A DNA stretch of 64,000 bases. Origin: Flavobacteriales bacterium. Its GTDB lineage: Bacteria > Bacteroidota > Bacteroidia > Flavobacteriales_F > PHOS-HE28. The notes beneath the pieces are model-generated. The model was not told where the DNA came from. It saw only the letters and a program-made list of their open reading frames with translations, and ran no database searches. Positions 10,129 through 18,468 of the stretch are shown here, piece after piece. The stretch lies in assembly GCA_016719225.1 (NCBI GenBank), contig JADKAN010000004.1, forward strand, positions 578,707 through 642,706, written 5' to 3'. The position numbers and the translations under genes are program-made. Numbering within the stretch: position 1 is the first letter of the stretch; every line of letters begins with the position of its first letter.

Positions 10129-10156
10129 GAAAGGCCGACCCGCTGGTCGACCTTTC
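10129..10156 (-). promoter_or_regulatory. intercistronic hairpin between the TBDR and lipoprotein genes
   Basis: GAAAGGCCGACC-CGCT-GGTCGACCTTTC. The stem is 12 bp with one mismatch and sits 26 nt past the TBDR stop. There is no clear U-run, so it may act as an attenuator or processing/stability element rather than a full terminator. Confidence 0.4.
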
Positions 10157-10181
10157 ATCGCATGGGCGAGATGTGCCTTGG

Positions 10182-12995
10182 TCAAAGGGTGTAGGTCAAT
10201 CCTCCCGTGATATAGGCACCTCGACGGAAACTGGTGATCACCGCGTCCGATCCGCCGATCCGACCATCCGCATTGCTGTCCTGCTGTAATAAGGTGCGTG
10301 TGTCCAAGATGTTCTGCAAGCCGAACTTCAAGGCAAAATGTTCTCCAAGGTCCTTGCCAATAGTGATGTCCAGCCCGTTGGCAGGCATCTCATAAATGTC
10401 CGGTGTTCCGAAACTGCCTACGGCGTAAAGACGCTTCCCGAAGGTGTTGTACATCACATTGAACTGGAATTTCGTAGCGCTATCCGTGTAGAACAAGCCG
10501 GCATTCACGACGTATGGACTTTGCCCCATCATCGGCCTGTTCTGGTCCTGGCCAACTGCATTTGCGCCCAAGGTGACCTTGCTGTTGATCAAGGTGCCGT
10601 TGAACAAAATGCCCATACGTTCCAGGATCCTGCTCTTCGTGAAGGGTGAGAAGGAGCGCCGTAGCTCCACTTCGGCACCGATACTTTGAGCGCTTTGCGC
10701 GTTTTTGTAAGTGAAGTTGCGCGTTCCACCCGACCCTGCACCCGGAACGAAGAACATTTCAATGGGGTCCGTGAACGATTTACGGAACACCCCAACGCTG
10801 AACACCTCGCCCATGTCCGGGTAAATTTCCAAGCGTGCATCCAGGTTGGCAATGGTCGCCGTGGTGAGTGCCGGATTTCCGTAGAGTACGTTGTTGCTGC
10901 TGAAGTCGTAGAAAGAGAAAGGAGCGAGCTCGCGGAATTCAGGCCGGTTGAGGGTGTTGCTCCAAGCCACGCGTACCAAGGAGCGCTCAGTGATGTTCCA
11001 GGATGCATTGACAGAGGGGAGCACATGGGTAAGGGGATTGTCCACGCGCACTTTTTCGCCGCCGTACGTGGCTCCGTCCAGCTCCTGCCTGTTGTGTTCC
11101 ACCCGCACCCCGCCGCTTAGCACGAACAACTTCGCCCACCTCACCGTGGTGCCTGCATAACCCGCGAACAAGGTGTTCGCAGCGGTGTAGCTGTCGCTCG
11201 GGTTGGTGCCTTCTTCCAGTTTGAAACCGTCGGTGCCGTTGATGTTCGCATCGCTAAAAATGGCATCGAGCGGAAGTGTGGCCAGCGCATTATTGAACTG
11301 TCCGGTATTGGCTTTGCGGAAGCTCATCCACCGGGCGCTGAAATCACGGTCTTTCCGCTCCGCAAGCCCACCCGCACGGACCACGGCGCGGAGGTCGCTG
11401 CCCGCTTTGCCCAAGTCCTGCGCTAGTCCCAGTTTGCCGGTAACGGTGCGTTCGTCCAGATCGCTGTAGAACCGGCCGGCATCAAGCGTGGACGCGGTGG
11501 GAGCGATCACCACTTGGAAAGGCGCATCATTTTCGCCGATGTTCCTAACAGTGCGCACCCGTCGGTAGTCCGGCTCTTTGCCGAGCGCGCGGCCGTAACC
11601 CAGCGTCCAATCCACGTGGCTGCGATCCTGCATCAGGTCGTGTTTGCCTTGGAGCTGCCCTGCATAAAGCGTGCGCTGGGTATAGTGGTATGCGAAGTTG
11701 CGCACGTCGAAACCTTCTTCCATGTTCTGTCCGGTCCGAACAGTGGTCTGGTTCTGACCAACTTGGTCGAACAGGTTGCGGAACTCCAATTTCGTTCCGG
11801 TACCGATCAATGCGCTCCAATTATGCATCACGCCCAAGCGGGCCGACCGGATGTTCTCTTGGTCGTTGTAGCGGTAAATGGTGTCGTTCTGTTGCGTGGC
11901 CGCATCGAATGCATTGTAGTTGTAGTTCTGCGCGACGTAACTGCTGCTGGTGTTGGACAGATCGATGGAGGTGACTGTGCCATACTGGTTCTTGGCATCT
12001 TCTTTTCCGTACCGGTGTGCTATTAATAGGCCGAAGCGTTGGTCCGGTCCGGCCATGCGGGATGTTGTGTTCCACGTGTTCGGAAGTTCACGGCCCAAGG
12101 TTGACAACCGGCTGGGGTCGTTCACGGTGTTCAAGTGTTCAGGAAAATCCGAAGGAAGGCTGCGCGACCCATTGTCGAAGCCCAGAAAGTCCGTCTTGCC
12201 GGTCTGGTCCATCTGCATGTCGTGGAACGTGGTTCCGCTCCGGATCCCCGTGCCATAGCTCACTTTTATCTCGTTCCGGCTTGGAACGCCCATCGTGGAA
12301 AGTTCGATGATGCCTCCTGCGAATTCACCCGGCAGTTCGGGTGCTCCGGTCTTGTAGACCATCATCCGGTCAAGGGCCCCGCTTGGCAAAAGATCGAAGC
12401 TGAACGCCTTGCGATCAGGCTCCATGCTCGGTGCCGTTACGCCGTTCAACAGGACGGTGTTGTACCGGTCAGCAAGGCCGCGCACCATCACGAAGCGGTC
12501 GCCTTGCAGCGTTACGCCCGGCACCCGCTTCACCACATCAGCAGCGGTGCGGTCCTGTCCCTTCGCGATCTGTTCGCGACCAACTCCGTTGGCCAATTGG
12601 TCGCTGTTGCGTACGGCCAACATCACTGCGCTCTCTGAAGATATGCGGCGTTCGCGTATTACCTGTACGGTTTCCATCTCCTGGCCGCCGTCCTGCAAGG
12701 GAATGTTCACCTGCACCGTACTACCGGCCGCTACGGAAACCAGTTTCTCCATATTGGGTCGGCCGACCAAGCTGACCACCAAAGTAATGTCGCCCGGTGG
12801 TGTAGTAATGCTGAAATGACCGTCAAGGTCGGTGCTTACCCCGGCTGAGGTGCCCTTCACAAGCACGTTGGCGAAAGGTTGTGGCTCTGCAGCCCCGTTC
12901 TCCATGGCCGTCACCAAACCTTCAATGCGGCCTGGTTGCGCGGTGAGTGTAGTGACCAGTAGAACGGAGAAGGCCAGCAGTATGGTACGGATCAT
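10182..12995 (-). CDS. TonB-dependent receptor with N-terminal CarboxypepD_reg-like domain
   Basis: 937 aa. Signal peptide MIRTILLAFSVLLVTTLTAQ. The reg-like domain reads IEGLVTA...VLVKGTSAGVSTDLDGHFSI. The plug reads VVKRVPGVTLQGDRFVMVRGLADRYN. A long barrel ends ...YITGGLTYTL. Confidence 0.9.
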   Translation of the reverse strand: MIRTILLAFSVLLVTTLTAQPGRIEGLVTAMENGAAEPQPFANVLVKGTSAGVSTDLDGHFSITTPPGDITLVVSLVGRPNMEKLVSVAAGSTVQVNIPLQDGGQEMETVQVIRERRISSESAVMLAVRNSDQLANGVGREQIAKGQDRTAADVVKRVPGVTLQGDRFVMVRGLADRYNTVLLNGVTAPSMEPDRKAFSFDLLPSGALDRMMVYKTGAPELPGEFAGGIIELSTMGVPSRNEIKVSYGTGIRSGTTFHDMQMDQTGKTDFLGFDNGSRSLPSDFPEHLNTVNDPSRLSTLGRELPNTWNTTSRMAGPDQRFGLLIAHRYGKEDAKNQYGTVTSIDLSNTSSSYVAQNYNYNAFDAATQQNDTIYRYNDQENIRSARLGVMHNWSALIGTGTKLEFRNLFDQVGQNQTTVRTGQNMEEGFDVRNFAYHYTQRTLYAGQLQGKHDLMQDRSHVDWTLGYGRALGKEPDYRRVRTVRNIGENDAPFQVVIAPTASTLDAGRFYSDLDERTVTGKLGLAQDLGKAGSDLRAVVRAGGLAERKDRDFSARWMSFRKANTGQFNNALATLPLDAIFSDANINGTDGFKLEEGTNPSDSYTAANTLFAGYAGTTVRWAKLFVLSGGVRVEHNRQELDGATYGGEKVRVDNPLTHVLPSVNASWNITERSLVRVAWSNTLNRPEFRELAPFSFYDFSSNNVLYGNPALTTATIANLDARLEIYPDMGEVFSVGVFRKSFTDPIEMFFVPGAGSGGTRNFTYKNAQSAQSIGAEVELRRSFSPFTKSRILERMGILFNGTLINSKVTLGANAVGQDQNRPMMGQSPYVVNAGLFYTDSATKFQFNVMYNTFGKRLYAVGSFGTPDIYEMPANGLDITIGKDLGEHFALKFGLQNILDTRTLLQQDSNADGRIGGSDAVITSFRRGAYITGGLTYTL

Positions 12996-13087
12996 TCGCT
13001 TCGTGGCCCAGGACGAAATGCCTGGAACACGGGCGCAAAGGACCGGTCCGCTTCTTACCCCCGCCTTGACCCGCGGTTAAGCTTGTG

Positions 13088-13876
13088 TTATGCCTTCATG
13101 GTTCCCGCCTTGCGGTCCCGGAAGGTGTGGCCTTTGATCGGTTCCTCCAAGAACCACCAGTTCGGGACCTCGCCCTTGCCGCCACGTTCCTTCCACATGT
13201 CCACCAGATTTTCCTGCAGCACCGCTGTGGCTTCCTCCTTGTTGTCGCAGACGTGTACGAAGCTTAATTCTTTTTCTCCAATGGTGCCTGCCCCGATCAT
13301 CTGCTCCAATTGTTCCAACATCGGCGCCCAGTATTTCCTACTGTAAAGAATGATGGGGAAACCCTTCACCTTGCCCGTTTGGATCAAGGTGACCGTCTCG
13401 AATAGTTCGTCCACAGTGCCTGCACCGCCGGGCATCACCACGAAACAGACGCTGTATTTCAGCAACAACACCTTGCGCACGAAGAAATGATCGAAAGTGA
13501 GGTCCACGTCCAGGTACGGGTTTGCGTACTGTTCATGCGGCAGTACGATGTTGCAGCCAACGCTTGTTGCACCCACATCGCGTGCGCCGCGGTTCGCGGC
13601 CTCCATTACGCCCGGTCCGCCGCCTGTCATGATGGTGAAGCCCACCCGGCCGACGCGCCGGGCAAGGGATCGCGTTTCTTCGTAGAACGGATGGTCTTCC
13701 TTGAATCGTGCACTGCCGAAGAACGTTACGCAGGGTCCTACGAAATGGAGCTTTCGAAAGCCATAAAAGAACTGCTGCGCAATGTGGAGAAGCGTTTTGA
13801 ATTCTCTCCACCGTGAGCGCGGGCCGCTGAGGAAGCTGAGGTCGATCTTCGAACGATCGATGTTTTTTGGGGCCAT
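13088..13876 (-). CDS. LOG-family (TIGR00730) Rossmann-fold nucleotide-binding protein
   Basis: Contains the motifs TGGGPGVMEAANRGA and PGGAGTVDELFE. Confidence 0.85.
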   Translation of the reverse strand: MAPKNIDRSKIDLSFLSGPRSRWREFKTLLHIAQQFFYGFRKLHFVGPCVTFFGSARFKEDHPFYEETRSLARRVGRVGFTIMTGGGPGVMEAANRGARDVGATSVGCNIVLPHEQYANPYLDVDLTFDHFFVRKVLLLKYSVCFVVMPGGAGTVDELFETVTLIQTGKVKGFPIILYSRKYWAPMLEQLEQMIGAGTIGEKELSFVHVCDNKEEATAVLQENLVDMWKERGGKGEVPNWWFLEEPIKGHTFRDRKAGTMKA

Positions 13877-14054
13877 GGGGCGAAGGTACCTTGGTACGTT
13901 GCGTGGTCACTTTGGTTCCTGCGAAGTTGTCAGGCTTCACCGGGGAATAAACGAGCTGCATCTTGAACGCATTGCTGGAACAACGAACATTCTGGCAGAC
14001 CTGACCTGTATATTTTCATGACTATTTGGTTTGAACTCAGGATCGGACCACGCG

Positions 14055-14062
14055 TAATTTTG
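14055..14062 (+). promoter_or_regulatory. Bacteroidetes sigma-A -7 box (TAATTTTG) 4 nt upstream of the ATG
   Basis: Exact match to the TAnnTTTG consensus. The ATG of the downstream gene is at 14067. Confidence 0.4.
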
Positions 14063-14066
14063 TGTT

Positions 14067-15599
14067 ATGAAACTCGGAAATACGATAGTGTTGGCGTGCA
14101 TAGTGGGTTTCGCCTCCCCTGCGGTTTTCAGCCAATCCGCTTTTGATGCGACTTACGATTTTGGTGACTATGGGTCGCAGATATATTATCCATCTTGCCC
14201 GGATGGAGAGGGTGGGTACCGGCTCTTCAGATTTAAAGCGACAGAAGGTGGTACACTTGGCGTGGTCGCACTTCATTTGAATGGTGTGGGAACCGAGTTG
14301 GATGCAATCGGATATACGGGGCAAGGAATGGGTGGTCCGCAGCAAGCGTTCCTAATGCCTGATTCCAGCACCGTACTTCGAGCAGATGCTTCCATCCTTA
14401 GGATTGATCGATCAGGGGAAATCGTTTCGTTGACGGGCCTGTTACCTGAACCAGGTCCCGGTTCCACAATGTGCATGGCCCCGGTCAACAATAATATCTG
14501 GGTGGCTATTAATGATGTTCAGGACTCTCCCGTCTATCATGAAGTGTTGAGGGTTCTTGAGATCGGCATGGACGGCTCGGTCCTGCAGCAACGCTCTTTC
14601 CACACTCCTTTTCCCCACCTTCAGTCAATATCCATACTGACTTTACCGGATTCTGGATTTGTTCTTGCAGGCAAGCTTGTCAATTCTGCAAGTGATAGCA
14701 TTTTGATCACCTCCTTCAGTAGTGATTTGGATAATAATTGGAGCAAGTCCGGACAAGTGAGCTTCGGCTCCGTTGCTCCTATCCAACTAACGAATTTGTC
14801 CGATAGCTCGTTTGCGGTGATCTGGGATGGGGACTTCGGTGGTCATGGAGGCTTACTGAAATTGGGAACGGACGGAGAAATGTTGTCATACCAAATGCAC
14901 AGCATGCCAGAACTTGGTGATGCAGAACCTCTTGCGGATGGTGGTTGGCTATTCCTGAACGGTTCCGATTTCGACCATTCAGTCATCCGGCACTTTAGCG
15001 TTGATGGCGCGCTGTTGGGAAGTGGCACTGTCTCTGGTCAGTGGCTTGGCCAGATCCACCCTGCTGCTCAACCCGGCTGGTGGGATGTGTTGTCCGGTAC
15101 CGCGAACGTACAATTGTCCATGGATCATTTCAATTTGCTGGATGGCACTTGTCTTGTACCGCCGATCTGGTCGGTTACCATGGAAATAAGCAGTATGGAA
15201 CTTGTGGATCTTCAGTTGGAAATGGATACCACTTCCATCACGTCGGTTCCAATGGGCTGCACTTCCTACCCGGTTAGCCTCACGCGCACTGTTGGGTGCG
15301 GCACCGCCGGGATTGAAGAACATGCTGCACGCCCTGCAGCGCGATGCGAACAGATGATGCACGCTGATGGCGGAAAAATTGCCGTGTTGATCGATATCGC
15401 AGCCACTGAGATCCCGAAGGTGCGACTATTGGACGCAATAGGAAGAGAGCTGCCGCACTCGAGGATGGAATGGAGTACACTTCACGGCAACACGCGCACC
15501 TTACGTTTTCAACAACCGCAGGCCAGCGGAATGGCGATCCTTCAGCTGGAAGGAAAGGAAGGTTCCGTAGGATGCAAGTTGATCCTTGGGTTGGAATAG
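14067..15599 (+). CDS. secreted hypothetical protein with probable T9SS C-terminal sorting domain (paralog of 16645..18210)
   Basis: Signal peptide MKLGNTIVLACIVGFASPAVFSQ. The C-terminal ~80 aa (KVRLLDAIGRELPHS...GMAILQLEGKEGSVGCKLILGLE) fits the T9SS CTD pattern. The N-terminal YDFGDYG..DGEGG aligns with the other paralog. Confidence 0.6.
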   Translation: MKLGNTIVLACIVGFASPAVFSQSAFDATYDFGDYGSQIYYPSCPDGEGGYRLFRFKATEGGTLGVVALHLNGVGTELDAIGYTGQGMGGPQQAFLMPDSSTVLRADASILRIDRSGEIVSLTGLLPEPGPGSTMCMAPVNNNIWVAINDVQDSPVYHEVLRVLEIGMDGSVLQQRSFHTPFPHLQSISILTLPDSGFVLAGKLVNSASDSILITSFSSDLDNNWSKSGQVSFGSVAPIQLTNLSDSSFAVIWDGDFGGHGGLLKLGTDGEMLSYQMHSMPELGDAEPLADGGWLFLNGSDFDHSVIRHFSVDGALLGSGTVSGQWLGQIHPAAQPGWWDVLSGTANVQLSMDHFNLLDGTCLVPPIWSVTMEISSMELVDLQLEMDTTSITSVPMGCTSYPVSLTRTVGCGTAGIEEHAARPAARCEQMMHADGGKIAVLIDIAATEIPKVRLLDAIGRELPHSRMEWSTLHGNTRTLRFQQPQASGMAILQLEGKEGSVGCKLILGLE

Positions 15600-15612
15600 A
15601 GTTGTGTCTGTA

Positions 15613-16527
15613 CTAAAGCACCACCAAACGCCTTGTCATTATTCCCGTGCCGTTAATTTCCAATTGGATAAAGTACACCCCGGCATGACCCAATGTGAAT
15701 GTTCCTGATGCTGGGATCGAATGTTCCAGCACCAACCGTCCACTGCTATCCAACAATCGTACATGTGCATCCACCATCCCCGGCGTTAACGTGATCGAAA
15801 TGTGCTGACCTGCGAACACTATGGAAGGCGAAACGGTGAAGCCTTCATTCCCGCCAAGTTCCTGAACTGCCGTTACGAGTCCACACTGCGGATATTGTGG
15901 GTTCAACCAAGAAATTGGCGGCGGAGGTGGTGGTTCCGGCATTGGGAAAATATTCTCCTCGTAACAACGAAGGCCATTGTAAGTCTCACCATCGCACGCA
16001 GCATAGATCCATGTGAAAGGCGCTGAACCGCCGAGCTGCTCCGTGATCACACCACCCAATGGGCAGAACAACTCCCATTGTCGTGAGCTTTGGTCAACGG
16101 TGAGCGTGCGCAAGGAAACGCCTCCAATGATCACATGGCCGGTATCCGAAACGGCCCAATCCAATGTGTCCCTGAACGCATCCTGGCTGATCGGTGTGGA
16201 CCATGTATCGCCCGGAACGGCATTCCAACGGAACAACAGTTGGTATTGCTGGAGGTCCTCATTGAAGTAGTACATGGAGTCGTTCGATACGCTGAAGTAA
16301 TGAACGACTTCGTAGCAGCCGAACCAGCCTGAAGCAGTGGTGACCTTGCTGCACAGCCTGCCGTTGACCACGGTGTCGGAGAGCACCTGCAATACGGCTA
16401 TAGTGCTATCGGGCCCGCAGCAGCTGCCTTGCGTGTAGGTCCATTGTGATCCGATCGGAGCGAACGGCGTTTGCCCATGCGAAGTGAAGTAAAAGAGGAG
16501 CGGAAGTATGAGCAGTGCGGTTCTCAT
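15613..16527 (-). CDS. secreted hypothetical protein with T9SS C-terminal sorting domain (paralog of 57855..58727)
   Basis: Signal peptide MRTALLILPLLFYFTSHGQ. CTD reads VRLLDSSGRLVLEHSIPASGTFTLGHAGVYFIQLEINGTGIMTRRLVVL. There is a poly-Pro linker PEPPPPPP. Confidence 0.65.
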   Translation of the reverse strand: MRTALLILPLLFYFTSHGQTPFAPIGSQWTYTQGSCCGPDSTIAVLQVLSDTVVNGRLCSKVTTASGWFGCYEVVHYFSVSNDSMYYFNEDLQQYQLLFRWNAVPGDTWSTPISQDAFRDTLDWAVSDTGHVIIGGVSLRTLTVDQSSRQWELFCPLGGVITEQLGGSAPFTWIYAACDGETYNGLRCYEENIFPMPEPPPPPPISWLNPQYPQCGLVTAVQELGGNEGFTVSPSIVFAGQHISITLTPGMVDAHVRLLDSSGRLVLEHSIPASGTFTLGHAGVYFIQLEINGTGIMTRRLVVL

Positions 16528-16644
16528 GGTCCATGGTGTGTGTGAATGTACACGCTCAGACAGCGGGAATGGGCTGAACGCTGTCTACTGTTCAACGACC
16601 GCTAGCTTTCCTTCTTTGTTCCTGGTCCTCTAATTTGCCCATCC

Positions 16645-18210
16645 ATGACACGCTTTACACCTTTGACCTGCATCGTCCTGCTCACGACCTTACACGGTGG
16701 CGGCGTGCAGGCGCAGGTCGTGTATGGAGCGCATTATGACGTGGGTTACAACAACGTTTCGTGGGTGCGCGGTGTTGCTGACGGCAATGGCGGGCTTGTG
16801 ATCAGTGCCCGGCCTATTGGCGACTCCGTGAATTTGTTCGCAAGTTCGATCCTTCACACGGACAACTTGGGGGAGGTTGCCAGCTTGATCTGCTACAACG
16901 ATGGCGGCTCCGATCTGATCACTTGCATGGAAAGGGCCAACAACGGGGACGTGGTCACGGGTTCGCTCACCTCCGGCCACTTCGACCAGCCCGAGGCGAC
17001 GGACATCATGCTTAGGAGGATCAAGCCGGATGGGACAGTGGCCTGGGCGAAAGCATATGCGGTAGTTGGTCAATACCACGCGGACCTATACGACATCGTT
17101 CAAACGCCATCCGGCTCTTTCATCGGTCTGGGCTCCTTTTCACAGGATGGAGGAGATGCCAAGCCACTTCTGTTCGGATTCACGGGTGCGGGGGAAGTGC
17201 TTTGGTCAAATGGTCTCCATACAGCCAATGGAAGCCTTCAATCCCTTTCGCTTACCCTCGATCCTGCGGGCGGAGTGATCGCCACAGGACGGTTCGCGGA
17301 TACGCCGAACAGCACGAAGATGTTGGTGATCCGTGCGGATACCACGGGCGTTATCAATTGGTCGCACTGGTATGGTTCAACAGGCTTTAACGAGGCCTCT
17401 ACGGTGCTGATCAGACCCGGCGGCGGATTGGCCATCTTGGGCAGTTTACAAGGTGCCAATGGAGCAGAAGGCGCGGTGGTCCGCACCGGACCGGATGGTA
17501 TGCCGATCTCTATGTTCGGTTGGGGGAGTCATATTCAGAACGGGCATGTTTTCAATGATGGTTCCGTGATGGTCCTGTGCGGGGGTTACGACGCGGGAAC
17601 CGCGATCGCGCGCATTGATACCAATAATACCATCCAATGGTCCACGTTGTTGAGCGCCACGCCATGGGGCGATCTGGTGCCTTTCGTAGGAGGTACACGC
17701 TTCGCGTATATCTCATCGGAAATGTTCAGTGACGTCACCGTGAACACGTTCACTGACCAATGCGAAACCTGTAACGCGGACCCGGTTCCTTTCACCGTGG
17801 TCACTACGACCTGGGCGGCTGATGGCTCCCCGGATGTGTATGCGCTCCCGGTGAACATGGCGAGCACCGATCTATTCATGGTGCCGACACCTGTGAACGC
17901 CAATATGTCGCCGGAATGCATGTTGGTGGTGGGCGTGCAACAACACGTCAAACCTGATATGGCTGCATTGAAGTGCGCTTTCACTCCGTCAAACAACGAG
18001 TTATCATTGGAGGGTGCGATGCTCTCCGGTCGATCGATCGTTGTCAGCGATATGCTAGGCCGTCTATTGTTTCCGAATGTCGCTGTCGTGGTTCAGCCAA
18101 ATGAACGGTCCATCCGAACGCCACTGCCGGTCTATTTGGTGCCCGGCTATTACTTGGCTAAAGTGCTCCCAGGAGATGCTGTATGTGTATTCGTGGTCCC
18201 TCCCCAATAG
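16645..18210 (+). CDS. secreted hypothetical protein with probable T9SS C-terminal sorting domain (paralog of 14067..15599)
   Basis: Signal peptide MTRFTPLTCIVLLTTLHGGGVQAQ. The body contains repeated DG..V..G propeller-like units. CTD-like tail reads IVVSDMLGRLLFPN...GYYLAKVLPGDAVCVFVV. Confidence 0.6.
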   Translation: MTRFTPLTCIVLLTTLHGGGVQAQVVYGAHYDVGYNNVSWVRGVADGNGGLVISARPIGDSVNLFASSILHTDNLGEVASLICYNDGGSDLITCMERANNGDVVTGSLTSGHFDQPEATDIMLRRIKPDGTVAWAKAYAVVGQYHADLYDIVQTPSGSFIGLGSFSQDGGDAKPLLFGFTGAGEVLWSNGLHTANGSLQSLSLTLDPAGGVIATGRFADTPNSTKMLVIRADTTGVINWSHWYGSTGFNEASTVLIRPGGGLAILGSLQGANGAEGAVVRTGPDGMPISMFGWGSHIQNGHVFNDGSVMVLCGGYDAGTAIARIDTNNTIQWSTLLSATPWGDLVPFVGGTRFAYISSEMFSDVTVNTFTDQCETCNADPVPFTVVTTTWAADGSPDVYALPVNMASTDLFMVPTPVNANMSPECMLVVGVQQHVKPDMAALKCAFTPSNNELSLEGAMLSGRSIVVSDMLGRLLFPNVAVVVQPNERSIRTPLPVYLVPGYYLAKVLPGDAVCVFVVPPQ

Positions 18211-18468
18211 GAATCAGCGGACCATTCATATTCGGCCTGTCGATCTTGGATTCCCTTCTAAAAAGTGGCAGGATGGAACGGTAGGCTGGAAGATTCTCCG
18301 TTGCTGTCCCTGATGTGTTCATGGGTTCGCAAAACGCGGAATTGTGCGGTTCAGCTTTTGTCCGGATGAAAGGCAACAGGTGGCTCATCTTGATAGCGAA
18401 GATCCAAGCGATGTGGTTCTTGTGCCAAAGGCATCGATCTTCTACACGCTGCTCCCCTGCCCTTTAAT

